Made by a program: the position numbers and the translations under genes
Origin: an uncultured Chloroflexia bacterium
GTDB taxonomy: Bacteria; Chloroflexota; Dormibacteria; CF-121
Reading direction: 5' to 3'
Assembly (NCBI GenBank): GCA_963795805.1
Contig: CAWCIV010000004.1
Span: forward strand, 79,052 to 143,051
Length of the DNA: 64,000 nucleotides
Part shown: piece after piece, positions 18,351 to 27,091 of the stretch
Layout: each line of letters starts with the position of its first letter
Position numbering within the stretch: position 1 is the first letter of the stretch
Notes under the pieces: generated by a model
Told to the model about the DNA's origin: nothing
The model's input: only the letters and a program-made list of their open reading frames with translations
The model's database searches: none

Positions 18351-20240
18351 GTGACCGACGCGCTCAACCTGCTGCAGTACGCGGTCAGCGCCGGGTTCGT
18401 GGGAATCAGCATCCTCATCCTGGTCGACTGGCTCCGCTACCGGGAGCGGAGCCGCGGCTACCTTGCCCTCGCCATCGGGCTCCTCGGGGTTACCTCGCTC
18501 ATCGGTCGCGTTACCCCGCTGGCCGGGCACAGCGTCAGCGGCATCCTGTCGGCACTGGCCCTGGTGGCCTTCATGGCGTCGGGCTACATGCTCCTCATCT
18601 TCCGCGACACCTTCGTCCCGCTGACCGGGCGCCTTCGCCTCGGGGCGCTGGTTGCCGTCGTGGCGGCCACCGTTTTCGAGGTCATCGTGGTCCCGCCGGG
18701 CACCACGCAGTCGACCTGGCTTCAGAGCGCGGCGGTCCTTGTCCTCATCCTCGTTTGGGCCGGATGCGTGCTGGAGCCGATCGTCCGGTTATGGTTGGCC
18801 TCCCGTGGACGGCCTGCCGTCCAACGGGCCCGGCTCCGGGCACTCAGCGCCGGCTATGCGGGGCTGGTTGCCGTGCTTCTCATCGCCGGCATCGGCGGGT
18901 CGGCCGCCTCGACGCCGCTGGTCCAGCTGATCATCCAGGTGGTCGCCCTCCTGGCGATCCCGCTGCTCTACGCCGGCTTCGCGCCCCCGCGCTGGCTGCG
19001 CCGGACCTGGCGTGACGCGGAGGAGGGTGAGCTGCGCGGCGCCATCCAGGACCTGCTGCTCTTCAGCCCGGACCGTGCCACCCTGGCGACCCGCGGCGCG
19101 GAATGGGCTCGACGGCTGGTGGGGGCCGACGGGGTCGCCGTCATCGAGCCGAATGGCGACCTGCTCGCCATCCAGGGAATGCACGGGGACGATGCCCGCC
19201 AGCTTGCGTCGCATGGCGATCCCAAGGGGCAGCCCACGCTGGTTGCGGGGGAAGGCTCCAACCGGCCGAACGCCATCGTGATCCGCCTCCCGCTCGACAC
19301 CGGCCCGGGCGCCCTCGTGGTCAGGTCGGGGCCGTTCACGCCGTTCTTCGGCACCGACGAGATGAACCGCCTCTGGTACTACGCGACGAACATCACCGCG
19401 GCCCTCGACCGGGCCCGAGTGACGGAGCGGATGGCCACGCTGGAGAAGACCAAGTCGCAGTTCCTGAACCTGGCCTCCCACGAGCTGCGCAGCCCCCTCG
19501 GCGTGATCAATGGGTACCTCTCCATGCTGGAACAGGGCTCGCTCGGCCAGCTCAAGGATTCAGGCGTACGCGCCATCGAGGTGCTGAAAGCCAAAGCCCT
19601 CGAGATGAATATGCTGGTGGCCCAGATGCTCGAGGCGGCCCGCCTCGAGGACGGCCGCCTCGCGCTCAAGCGCGATCGACTGGACCTCCGTCGGATCGCC
19701 AGGGAGGCGACCGAGGGCATCAAGCCGCTGGTCACCAACCGGCACCGCCTCGTCCTCGACAATGCCTCGGACCCAGTGCCGATCGTCGGTGATGAGGACC
19801 GCCTGGTGACGATCATCACCAACTTGCTGGAGAACGCGATCAAGTACTCGCCGCAGGGCGGCACGATCCAGTGCACCGTCCTGCAGGATGGCGGAGCGGG
19901 GGTTATCAAGGTGCGGGATGACGGCGTCGGGATCGGGGAGGAGGATTTACCGCGGCTGTTCAACCGCTTCGAGCGCATCCGCAATCGAGAGACCAGCCAC
20001 GTCGGGGGGACTGGACTCGGCCTGTACCTCTCCCGCGAGCTCGCCCGCCAGCACGGCGGGGATCTGCTGGTGGATTCGAAACCGGGGAAGGGCAGCACCT
20101 TCACACTGACCATGCCGATCGCCGACCAGCGCCCCGAGGTTGACCCCGAGGCCATCCCCTCGCCCGAGCCCGCGCCTGCCGCCGCCGAAGCGCCGAGGCT
20201 GCGCGTCGTGCCGGGAGGCGACGCCGACCTTACGGCGTAA
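18351..20240 (+). CDS. Membrane sensor histidine kinase (orphan)
   Basis: Multiple N-terminal TM helices, H-box LASHELRSPL, and N, G1 and G2 boxes (NLLENAIKYS, DDGVGI, GTGLGL). Confidence 0.92.
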   Translation: MTDALNLLQYAVSAGFVGISILILVDWLRYRERSRGYLALAIGLLGVTSLIGRVTPLAGHSVSGILSALALVAFMASGYMLLIFRDTFVPLTGRLRLGALVAVVAATVFEVIVVPPGTTQSTWLQSAAVLVLILVWAGCVLEPIVRLWLASRGRPAVQRARLRALSAGYAGLVAVLLIAGIGGSAASTPLVQLIIQVVALLAIPLLYAGFAPPRWLRRTWRDAEEGELRGAIQDLLLFSPDRATLATRGAEWARRLVGADGVAVIEPNGDLLAIQGMHGDDARQLASHGDPKGQPTLVAGEGSNRPNAIVIRLPLDTGPGALVVRSGPFTPFFGTDEMNRLWYYATNITAALDRARVTERMATLEKTKSQFLNLASHELRSPLGVINGYLSMLEQGSLGQLKDSGVRAIEVLKAKALEMNMLVAQMLEAARLEDGRLALKRDRLDLRRIAREATEGIKPLVTNRHRLVLDNASDPVPIVGDEDRLVTIITNLLENAIKYSPQGGTIQCTVLQDGGAGVIKVRDDGVGIGEEDLPRLFNRFERIRNRETSHVGGTGLGLYLSRELARQHGGDLLVDSKPGKGSTFTLTMPIADQRPEVDPEAIPSPEPAPAAAEAPRLRVVPGGDADLTA

Positions 20241-20715
20241 CCAGGTTCCAGCTCGGGTAGTGGCCGAGCGTGTCGCCCGATTTCTTGTCGTTGTGGAAGA
20301 AGTAGAGCGGGAGACCCTTGTAGGTAATCTGCAGGCTGCCATCGTCACGGGTGATGGTCGCCAGCGCTCCGGTCACGCCGGGCCCCCCGGTCGGCGTCTG
20401 CCCGGAGGGCACCGTGAGGGGTGGCCAGATGGTGGCGCATCCGCCCTTGCAGGCGCTGACGCCGGGGGAATCGCTGCTGAAGGTATAGACCGTCATCATG
20501 CTCGACGCAGCGACCAGGATCGTCCCGTTGCTCCCGACCGTCTGCGCGAGCACCACGGGGCTCGCGCTCGCTGCCGGCGTCGGGCTGGGCGTCGACGCTG
20601 CGGTCGCGGTGGGGCTTGGTGTTGCGGAAGAGCCTTGTGCGGCCTGGCTTCCGCAGGCGGCCAGCGCGCCAGCCAGCGCGAGTGAAGCGATCGATGCGCG
20701 CCAATTGATGACCAT
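20230..20715 (-). CDS. Predicted lipoprotein, COG4315 / Yx(FWY)xxD repeat family
   Basis: Lipobox LAAC, then TVYTFSSD...C...C...WPPL and YKGLPLYFFHND. Confidence 0.85.
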   Translation of the reverse strand: MVINWRASIASLALAGALAACGSQAAQGSSATPSPTATAASTPSPTPAASASPVVLAQTVGSNGTILVAASSMMTVYTFSSDSPGVSACKGGCATIWPPLTVPSGQTPTGGPGVTGALATITRDDGSLQITYKGLPLYFFHNDKKSGDTLGHYPSWNLVTP

Positions 20716-20720
20716 GCCCA

Positions 20721-20742
20721 GATAACTACGACGACCCGTTAC
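20721..20742 (-). promoter_or_regulatory. Candidate ECF-type promoter GTAAC-N8-GTA-N2-TATC
   Basis: The same spaced motif lies upstream of the ECF sigma gene at 23995-24016. Confidence 0.35.
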
Positions 20743-20758
20743 AGCGGAGCGGAGGGCG

Positions 20759-22669
20759 CTATCGGGTCAGCGATTCTCCCGCGGGCTCTGATTCGGTGAT
20801 CGCACGGCGGATGCGACCGGCGACGCCGGCAGCGTCGAGGCCAAGCTGAGTGAACAGCTCCGCCTGCGAACCCTGCTGGATAAAGGTGTCGGGCACGCCG
20901 ATCGCGGTCACCGGGATGCCGAGCGGGGCGAGGACCTCCGCGACCGCCGATCCGAAGCCGCCGCTGACCACGTTGTCCTCGAGCGTCACGATCGTCGGAT
21001 GGCGCCGTGCCCAGGTCTCCAGCCGCGGATCGAGCGGCTTGATGTAGCGGGCGTTGACCACGGTGATGGCTACCCCATCCTTCTCGAGGATCGTCGCCGT
21101 CTCCCTCGCGACCGACACCATCTTGCCGGTGGCGAGCAGCAGCGCCGCGCCGCCCTGGCGAAGGATCTCCCACTCGCCGACTGCGAGCACGCGCGGCGCT
21201 TGCGCGACGCCCTCGATGACGGCGCCCTTCGGAAACCGGATCGCGAACGGACCGGAATCCTGCAAGGTGACGGCGGTGTGCAGCAGGTCGCGCAACTCCT
21301 GCGCATCACTGGCGGCGGCCAGCGTCAGACCGGGCATCGCCCGCAGAAAGGTCAGGTCGAAGATCCCGTGATGCGACGGCCCGTCATCCCCCGTGATCCC
21401 GGCGCGATCGAGCGCGAAGATCACCGGGAGGCGGTGCAGGCAGACGTCCATCATCACCTGGTCCAGCGCGCGCTGCAGGAACGTCGAGTAGACGACGACG
21501 ACCGGTCGGAGCTTTGCCATGGCGAGCCCGGCGGCAAAGGTCACGGCATGCTGCTCCGCGATCCCGACGTCGAAGAATCGATCCGGAAACCGGTTGAGGA
21601 AGGGCCCCAACCCGGCACTGCTGCCCATGGCGGCCGTGATCGCAACCAGCCGCGGATCCTTCTCGGCCTCGGCGACGAGCGCCTCGCCGAAGACGTCGGT
21701 ATACAAGACCTTGCGACTCAGCGGCTTGGCCGTCACCAGGTCGAACGCGCTCGGACTGTGGAAGTGGTCGATCTCATCCTGCTCGGCGGGGCCGTACCCG
21801 CGGCCTTTGGTGGTGATGACGTGGACCGCCACCGGGCCGCCAAGCCGCTTGACCTGGGTCAACGTTCGCTCGATGTCGCCGATGTTGTGACCGTCGATCG
21901 GCCCCGAATACTTGATGCCGAGATACTCGAACAGGCTGCGCGGGGAAATCAGCTCCTTGAGCCCTTCCTTGATGCGGCGGCCGGCCTCCAGCGCTTTGCC
22001 TCCTGCCGGCACCGCGCGCAGGATGCGGTCAACCCGATTCTTGGTCCGGTGGTAGCTGGGGTTGAGCACGGTCAGCTGTTGCGCCAGGTGTTGGGCCAGG
22101 CCGCCAACCGTCGGAGCATAGGAGCGGCCGTTGTCGTTGAGGATGATGATGACCGGCGTCTTGCGGTGCCCGATATTGTTGAGCGCCTCGTAGGCCATCC
22201 CGCCCGTCAGTGCGCCGTCACCGACGACCACGACGACATGGCCGCTGTCCCCCTGCCGTCGCAGCGCCTCGGCCATACCCGACGCATAGCTGAGCCCGGT
22301 TGAGGCGTGGCTGTTCTCGATGAAGTCGTGCTCGCTTTCCGTCCGGTTTGGATAACCGCTCATGCCGCCCAGCTTTCGAAGCCGCCCGAACCCGCTCCGG
22401 GGCCGGGTGAGCAGCTTGTGGACGTAGGCCTGATGTCCGGTGTCGAAGAGAATGCGATCCGTCGGGCTGTTGAAGACGCGGTGAATCGCCAGCGTGAGTT
22501 CCACCACACCCAGGTTCGGTCCGAGGTGGCCGCCGGTTTTCGACACGGTCTCGATCAGGAACTGGCGGATCTCTTCGGCCAGCGCCTGCATCTCCGCCTC
22601 GCTGAGGGCGCGCAGGTCCGCCGGGCTTTGTACCCGATCGAGGATGGGCGTTTTTGCGCTATCGGTCAT
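20759..22669 (-). CDS. dxs: 1-deoxy-D-xylulose-5-phosphate synthase
   Basis: GGHLGPNLG, FDTGHQAYVHK, GDGALTGGMAYEALNN and DVGIAEQHAV. Confidence 0.97.
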   Translation of the reverse strand: MTDSAKTPILDRVQSPADLRALSEAEMQALAEEIRQFLIETVSKTGGHLGPNLGVVELTLAIHRVFNSPTDRILFDTGHQAYVHKLLTRPRSGFGRLRKLGGMSGYPNRTESEHDFIENSHASTGLSYASGMAEALRRQGDSGHVVVVVGDGALTGGMAYEALNNIGHRKTPVIIILNDNGRSYAPTVGGLAQHLAQQLTVLNPSYHRTKNRVDRILRAVPAGGKALEAGRRIKEGLKELISPRSLFEYLGIKYSGPIDGHNIGDIERTLTQVKRLGGPVAVHVITTKGRGYGPAEQDEIDHFHSPSAFDLVTAKPLSRKVLYTDVFGEALVAEAEKDPRLVAITAAMGSSAGLGPFLNRFPDRFFDVGIAEQHAVTFAAGLAMAKLRPVVVVYSTFLQRALDQVMMDVCLHRLPVIFALDRAGITGDDGPSHHGIFDLTFLRAMPGLTLAAASDAQELRDLLHTAVTLQDSGPFAIRFPKGAVIEGVAQAPRVLAVGEWEILRQGGAALLLATGKMVSVARETATILEKDGVAITVVNARYIKPLDPRLETWARRHPTIVTLEDNVVSGGFGSAVAEVLAPLGIPVTAIGVPDTFIQQGSQAELFTQLGLDAAGVAGRIRRAITESEPAGESLTR

Positions 22670-22754
22670 ATCCGTAAATCGAGTCTAAACGAGAAGGTGC
22701 GCCACCTCGTACGTCGGCATCAACGGCCGGCGGGGCCGTTTGGTTACCGGGCGG

Positions 22755-23426
22755 TCAGACGGTGTAGACCTGCACCTTGCCGGCCGCGACCCGAACCTGC
22801 AACGTCGGGAGGGGCGGCAGCGGACTCGTGTACTGGTCGGTGGGCTGCCCGCTCTTTTCGAAGGTGGCGCCGTGGCACGGGCATTCGAAGCGATCCCGGA
22901 ACTTGCTGTAGTTCAGGATGCAGCCCATGTGCGTGCAGACAGCCGACAGGCCCTTGACCTCCTGCCCGGTTCGTACCAGAAAACCTTCGATCGCGCCGGA
23001 CCGGAAGGCGACCGGCGTTCCCTCGGGCAGATCGGTGACGGCTTTCACGGTTTGCCAGCTTCCCTTCTCGACCAGGAGCTGACCCCCGACGGGCGGTTTC
23101 GGCTTCATCAGCTGGTCGACGCCGACCGCGGCCGCCACGCCGGCGGCTAGCCCGCTGGCCCCGGCCAGCAGCATCGAACGCCGGCTGTGTCGCGCGACGG
23201 CGGGCTTCTCCGGCGACCGCTCCTTGACCCATTCACCGATCGACCCCTGCATCCTGGCCAGAAAGTCGCTCGATGGCAATCCAGCCCCGGGCTTGGCGGC
23301 GTGCAGCATGGCGGCGGTCTGGCGGGCGCCCAGTGCATCCTGGTCGGCCAGCGGGGTGCGCTCCGGCCGGCGGTCCTGCACGATGTCCTCGACGTACTGA
23401 TCGAGCTGCTCGGGATCGTCGTTCAC
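22755..23426 (-). CDS. Rieske [2Fe-2S] protein with ~80-aa N-terminal extension and internal twin-arginine / TM segment (putative anti-sigma factor)
   Basis: CTHMGC and CPCH motifs, and SRRSMLL followed by a hydrophobic helix. GTGA overlap with the ECF sigma gene. Confidence 0.85.
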   Translation of the reverse strand: MNDDPEQLDQYVEDIVQDRRPERTPLADQDALGARQTAAMLHAAKPGAGLPSSDFLARMQGSIGEWVKERSPEKPAVARHSRRSMLLAGASGLAAGVAAAVGVDQLMKPKPPVGGQLLVEKGSWQTVKAVTDLPEGTPVAFRSGAIEGFLVRTGQEVKGLSAVCTHMGCILNYSKFRDRFECPCHGATFEKSGQPTDQYTSPLPPLPTLQVRVAAGKVQVYTV

Positions 23427-23983
23427 GGCGTCCTCCCCCGCTCGCGGCCGGCCCGGTTGAGGGCACGGAACTGCAAGACCTTGACGTTCGTCTCGCTCAA
23501 GTTCAGTTCGTGGGCGGTTTCCCGCACGGAATAGCCGCGGAGAAAGCGGAGCTCGAGCACCCGCCGGTACTGATCGGGCAGGGTGGCAAGCAAGGCATCG
23601 ACCCGCTGGGCGGCCTCGAGGTTCTCGCGCGTCATCGGCCCCCTGGAGATATCCTCGTCGATCCCAGTGGTGTCCTCCGCGTAGTACTCGCGCCAGTGGT
23701 CGGCCAGGGTTGTCTGGGCGACCCGGTACAGCCAGCTCCGCAGCTCCGGAACCGACACGTCGCTGCGCATCCCGTGGATCGCCTTCATGAATACCTTCGA
23801 GGTGAGATCTTCCGCGTCGGCGCGGTTACCGACCCGGCTGTAAACGTACTGGTAGATGGCAGTGACGTGCGTCTGGTAGGCCCAGGTCAGATGCTCCTGA
23901 TCAGCCGCGCCGGGCCGGGGAAGCGCCACGACTTTGGGGGAACTCGCCAGCGCCGGGGCTCCGACCGGGTCTTCTTCTCGCAT
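23423..23983 (-). CDS. ECF RNA polymerase sigma-70 factor
   Basis: Region 2 (IYQYVYSRVGNRADAEDLTSKVF, SWLYRVA) and region 4 (LPDQYRRVLELRF...NVKVLQFRAL). Confidence 0.93.
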   Translation of the reverse strand: MREEDPVGAPALASSPKVVALPRPGAADQEHLTWAYQTHVTAIYQYVYSRVGNRADAEDLTSKVFMKAIHGMRSDVSVPELRSWLYRVAQTTLADHWREYYAEDTTGIDEDISRGPMTRENLEAAQRVDALLATLPDQYRRVLELRFLRGYSVRETAHELNLSETNVKVLQFRALNRAGRERGRTP

Positions 23984-23994
23984 CCGCTCCCGCT

Positions 23995-24016
23995 GTTATA
24001 TACCGGTCAGGGTTAC
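23995..24016 (-). promoter_or_regulatory. Candidate autoregulatory ECF promoter GTAAC-N8-GTA-N2-TAAC
   Basis: Lies 11 nt upstream of the sigma ATG. A matching motif sits at 20721-20742. Confidence 0.35.
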
Positions 24017-24081
24017 GCTGCGCGGCTTCCGGGAATACTGATCAATGGAAATTGCTTAGCTATCATGGAGCCGCATTGCCG

Positions 24082-25074
24082 ATGGACAAGGACCGCGACT
24101 ACGACGTCATCATCATCGGCGCCGGGCCGGCGGGCCTGACCGCCGCCCTGTACGCCGGTCGCGCGCGGGTCAAGACCGTGCTGCTGGAGCGGGGTGTGCC
24201 CGGTGGGCAGTTGCTGAACACGGACGCCATCGAGGACTACCCGGGATTCGATCACATCACGGGCGTCGAGCTGGCCCAACGCATGGCGGAGCAGGTGACC
24301 AAGTTCGGGGTCGCCCTGGAGACGACCGGCGTGACGGCCATCCGGTCGCATGGCAACAAGAAAGTCGTTGAAACCGAGAACGGTTCGTACACCGCCGACT
24401 TCGTCATCCTGACCGCCGGCGGCTCGCCGAAAAAGCTTGGTATCCCCGGGGAAGACGAGTTCCAGGGCCACGGGGTATCCCAATGCGCCGTCTGTGATGG
24501 CGCCTTCTTCAAAAACGAGGAGGTGGCGGTCATCGGCGGCGGCGACGCCGCGGTCGAGGAAGCCGTCTTCCTCACCCGCTACTGCAAGAAGGTCTACCTC
24601 ATCCACCGGCGCGACACCTTTCGCGCCCAGGCGATCCTGGTCGAAGCGGCCCGCCAAAATCCCAACGTCGAGATCATCATGAACACGGTCGTCACCGAGG
24701 TCACCGGGCACGACGGCCAGGTCACGGGGATCACCATCAAGGACGTCACGACGGGAGCCATGCGACCGCTGCCGGTTACCGGCGTCTTCGTCTTCGTCGG
24801 GTTCCTCCCGAACACCCAGTTCTTCGACCACCGCGACCACGTCGAGCACGACCCGCTGGGATTCCTGACGACCGACGCCACCATGCAGACGAGCGTGCCC
24901 GGGGTCTACGCGGCCGGCGACGTGCGCTCCCAGCTGACGCGCCAGATCACCACGGCGGTGGGCGATGCCACGACCGCGGCCATCGACGCCGTCAAAAAGC
25001 TCGAGCTCCGCAAGCATCAGCCGACGCCCGTCCCGGTCGATGCCTACGGGTCAACCCACCCAACCGAAAGCTAG
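24082..25074 (+). CDS. trxB: Thioredoxin-disulfide reductase
   Basis: GAGPAG FAD motif, CAVC active site, GGGDAAVEEA and YAAGDV. Confidence 0.95.
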   Translation: MDKDRDYDVIIIGAGPAGLTAALYAGRARVKTVLLERGVPGGQLLNTDAIEDYPGFDHITGVELAQRMAEQVTKFGVALETTGVTAIRSHGNKKVVETENGSYTADFVILTAGGSPKKLGIPGEDEFQGHGVSQCAVCDGAFFKNEEVAVIGGGDAAVEEAVFLTRYCKKVYLIHRRDTFRAQAILVEAARQNPNVEIIMNTVVTEVTGHDGQVTGITIKDVTTGAMRPLPVTGVFVFVGFLPNTQFFDHRDHVEHDPLGFLTTDATMQTSVPGVYAAGDVRSQLTRQITTAVGDATTAAIDAVKKLELRKHQPTPVPVDAYGSTHPTES

Positions 25075-26692
25075 CCTCGATCGCCGGCCCGGTCACAAGG
25101 GACCGGCCGTGGTCGCCCTCGCCCTGATCGCCCTTGCTCTTCGCCTTCTCGGGCTGAACTTCGGCTTGCCGGCGATCTACCGGCCCGATGAGAACGTGAC
25201 CGTGGGGCGCGCCATGGGCCTGCTCCACGGGGTGCTCGACCCCCACTTCGCCGACTGGCCTCACCTGTTTTTCAATCTCTCGGCGGCCTGGCTCGCCCCG
25301 CTGCGCCTCGCCGGTGTCGTCTCCGACCAGCCCTCGGCGCACCTGTGGGTGCGGGCGCTGAGCGCGGTGCTCGGGACGCTGACGGTGCTCCTGGTGGTGG
25401 ACTTCGGACGCCGGGCCTACGGCTGGAGCGCCGGATTGATCGCGGGCGTCGCGCTGGCGGTCGCCTTTCTCCCGGTGCGCGACAGTCATTTCGGCACGCC
25501 CGACGGAGCCCTCGCCCTCGCGGCCACCGGCGCACTGTATGTCGCCTACCGCACCGCTCACTCCCGCGGGAGGAGTCCACTGCTCCTGAATGGTGTCGCG
25601 CTCGGGGTCGCCGCCAGCCTGAAGTACAACGGGGCGATCGTCTTCCTTGCCGCCCTCGCCAGCCAGGTATGGCGGGCGCGGACGGAGGGCTCCACCCTGT
25701 GGCCGGCCGCGAAGCGCCTGGTCGTGATCGGCGTGGTCGGGCTGACGACCCTGGTGCTGACCTCGCCGTTCCTGGTCGTCGATCCAGCCATGACACAGCA
25801 CGGCCTCGGGTACATCGTTTCGCACCTCGCCAGCGAGACCGTGCCGGAGATCGGCTTTGTCCGGCTGATCCTCGCCCTCTGGTATGGGCTCGACCCGGGA
25901 CTCTTCCTTTTGGTGTTGGCCGGCGCCGGTTACGCTGCCTGGCGCCGCACGCTGGCCGACTGGATCGTCCTGGCCTTCCTCGTCCCCTTTTACCTCGTCA
26001 TCGGCACCGGCCATTCCGCATTTTTCCGCTACGCGGATCCACTGATTCCGGCGCTCACCCTGCTCGCCGGCCGGGCGGCGGCGGACCTGGTCAACGCCAT
26101 CACAACGCGTCGCGTGCGAGCCCTGGCGGTCGCGGCGATCGTCACCATCATCGCGCTGCCGTCGCTCATCCACGACCTTCGCTTCGACACGCTGATCCTG
26201 GAACCGGATACCCGGACACTCGCCTACACCTGGTTGAACGACCATGTGCCCGGCGGAGCCCTGGTTGCGATTCCGTACAAGCCAGGGCCGGCCCACGACC
26301 AGGCGATGGTCGACAGCCGGGCGCAGAGCCTTGGCGCGACCGACCCATACGTGGCGTCGTTCCTCGAGAACCGGCTCGAAACCAGGTATCGCATTCGCGA
26401 TCTCTCCGAGGACGACTTGCAGGTAGCGACCCTGGCCGATCTCCGCGCCGCTGGCGTCACGATGGTCGTCGTCGCCCGAAAGCGTCCCGATCTCGGCTGC
26501 GCCGGGCCGACCCCGCTCGAACGGCAGCTCCAGTCGAAGGCACGCCTGGCCGCCAGTTTCAATCCAACAGCGTCCGGCTGCCCAACCGACGCCGTCTTCG
26601 ACCCGATCGATACCTATTACGTGCCGCTCGCCGGCTACGCCGGCTCTCAGCGACCCGGGCCCCCGATCCGGATCTATGCGCTTGGAGATTGA
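25040..26692 (+). CDS. Glycosyltransferase family 39 / PMT-like (GT-C) membrane protein
   Basis: RPDE acidic motif in the first loop, many TM helices, SLKY motif. The start (ATG 25040 or GTG near 25109) is uncertain. Confidence 0.8.
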   Translation: MPTGQPTQPKASLDRRPGHKGPAVVALALIALALRLLGLNFGLPAIYRPDENVTVGRAMGLLHGVLDPHFADWPHLFFNLSAAWLAPLRLAGVVSDQPSAHLWVRALSAVLGTLTVLLVVDFGRRAYGWSAGLIAGVALAVAFLPVRDSHFGTPDGALALAATGALYVAYRTAHSRGRSPLLLNGVALGVAASLKYNGAIVFLAALASQVWRARTEGSTLWPAAKRLVVIGVVGLTTLVLTSPFLVVDPAMTQHGLGYIVSHLASETVPEIGFVRLILALWYGLDPGLFLLVLAGAGYAAWRRTLADWIVLAFLVPFYLVIGTGHSAFFRYADPLIPALTLLAGRAAADLVNAITTRRVRALAVAAIVTIIALPSLIHDLRFDTLILEPDTRTLAYTWLNDHVPGGALVAIPYKPGPAHDQAMVDSRAQSLGATDPYVASFLENRLETRYRIRDLSEDDLQVATLADLRAAGVTMVVVARKRPDLGCAGPTPLERQLQSKARLAASFNPTASGCPTDAVFDPIDTYYVPLAGYAGSQRPGPPIRIYALGD

Positions 26693-26732
26693 CGGTTTGG
26701 TCCGGCGGTGCTCCCGCTTTATAGTGGGATGA

Positions 26733-27059
26733 GTGAACCTGATCGCCCTGATCAAAGAGCGCGCGAAGTACTACAAGTGCCTCGCCTGTTCCCAGGCGCT
26801 CGCCGACTGTGACGTGAACCTGCTCAACGAGAGCGACGGGCACTGCACGGTCGAGGTCACCTGCGCCAATTGTGGCGTCAGTTTCGTCGCGGTGCTCCTG
26901 CTCAAGAAGGCCAAGCATCCGGACGGGCTTCCGCGTGCGGCAAAGGCGGGACCGATCAGCGGTGACGAGTTGCTCGACGTCCACCAGGAGCTGCAGTCGT
27001 TCAACGCGCCGCTGAAGGAGCTGGTCCGCTGGCGGCGGACGCACCCACAGACCTCCTAG
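26733..27059 (+). CDS. Hypothetical protein with two CxxC motifs (putative Zn-binding)
   Basis: CLAC and CANC motifs, and C-terminal PISGDELLDVH. Confidence 0.8.
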   Translation: MNLIALIKERAKYYKCLACSQALADCDVNLLNESDGHCTVEVTCANCGVSFVAVLLLKKAKHPDGLPRAAKAGPISGDELLDVHQELQSFNAPLKELVRWRRTHPQTS

Positions 27060-27091
27060 CCCGGTTCCGACCCAAACCTAGAATGACGACC

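Noticed and set aside
22755-23426. Rieske protein as a cytochrome bc / b6f subunit
   Set aside because: No cytochrome b or c gene is adjacent, and it is translationally coupled to an ECF sigma instead.
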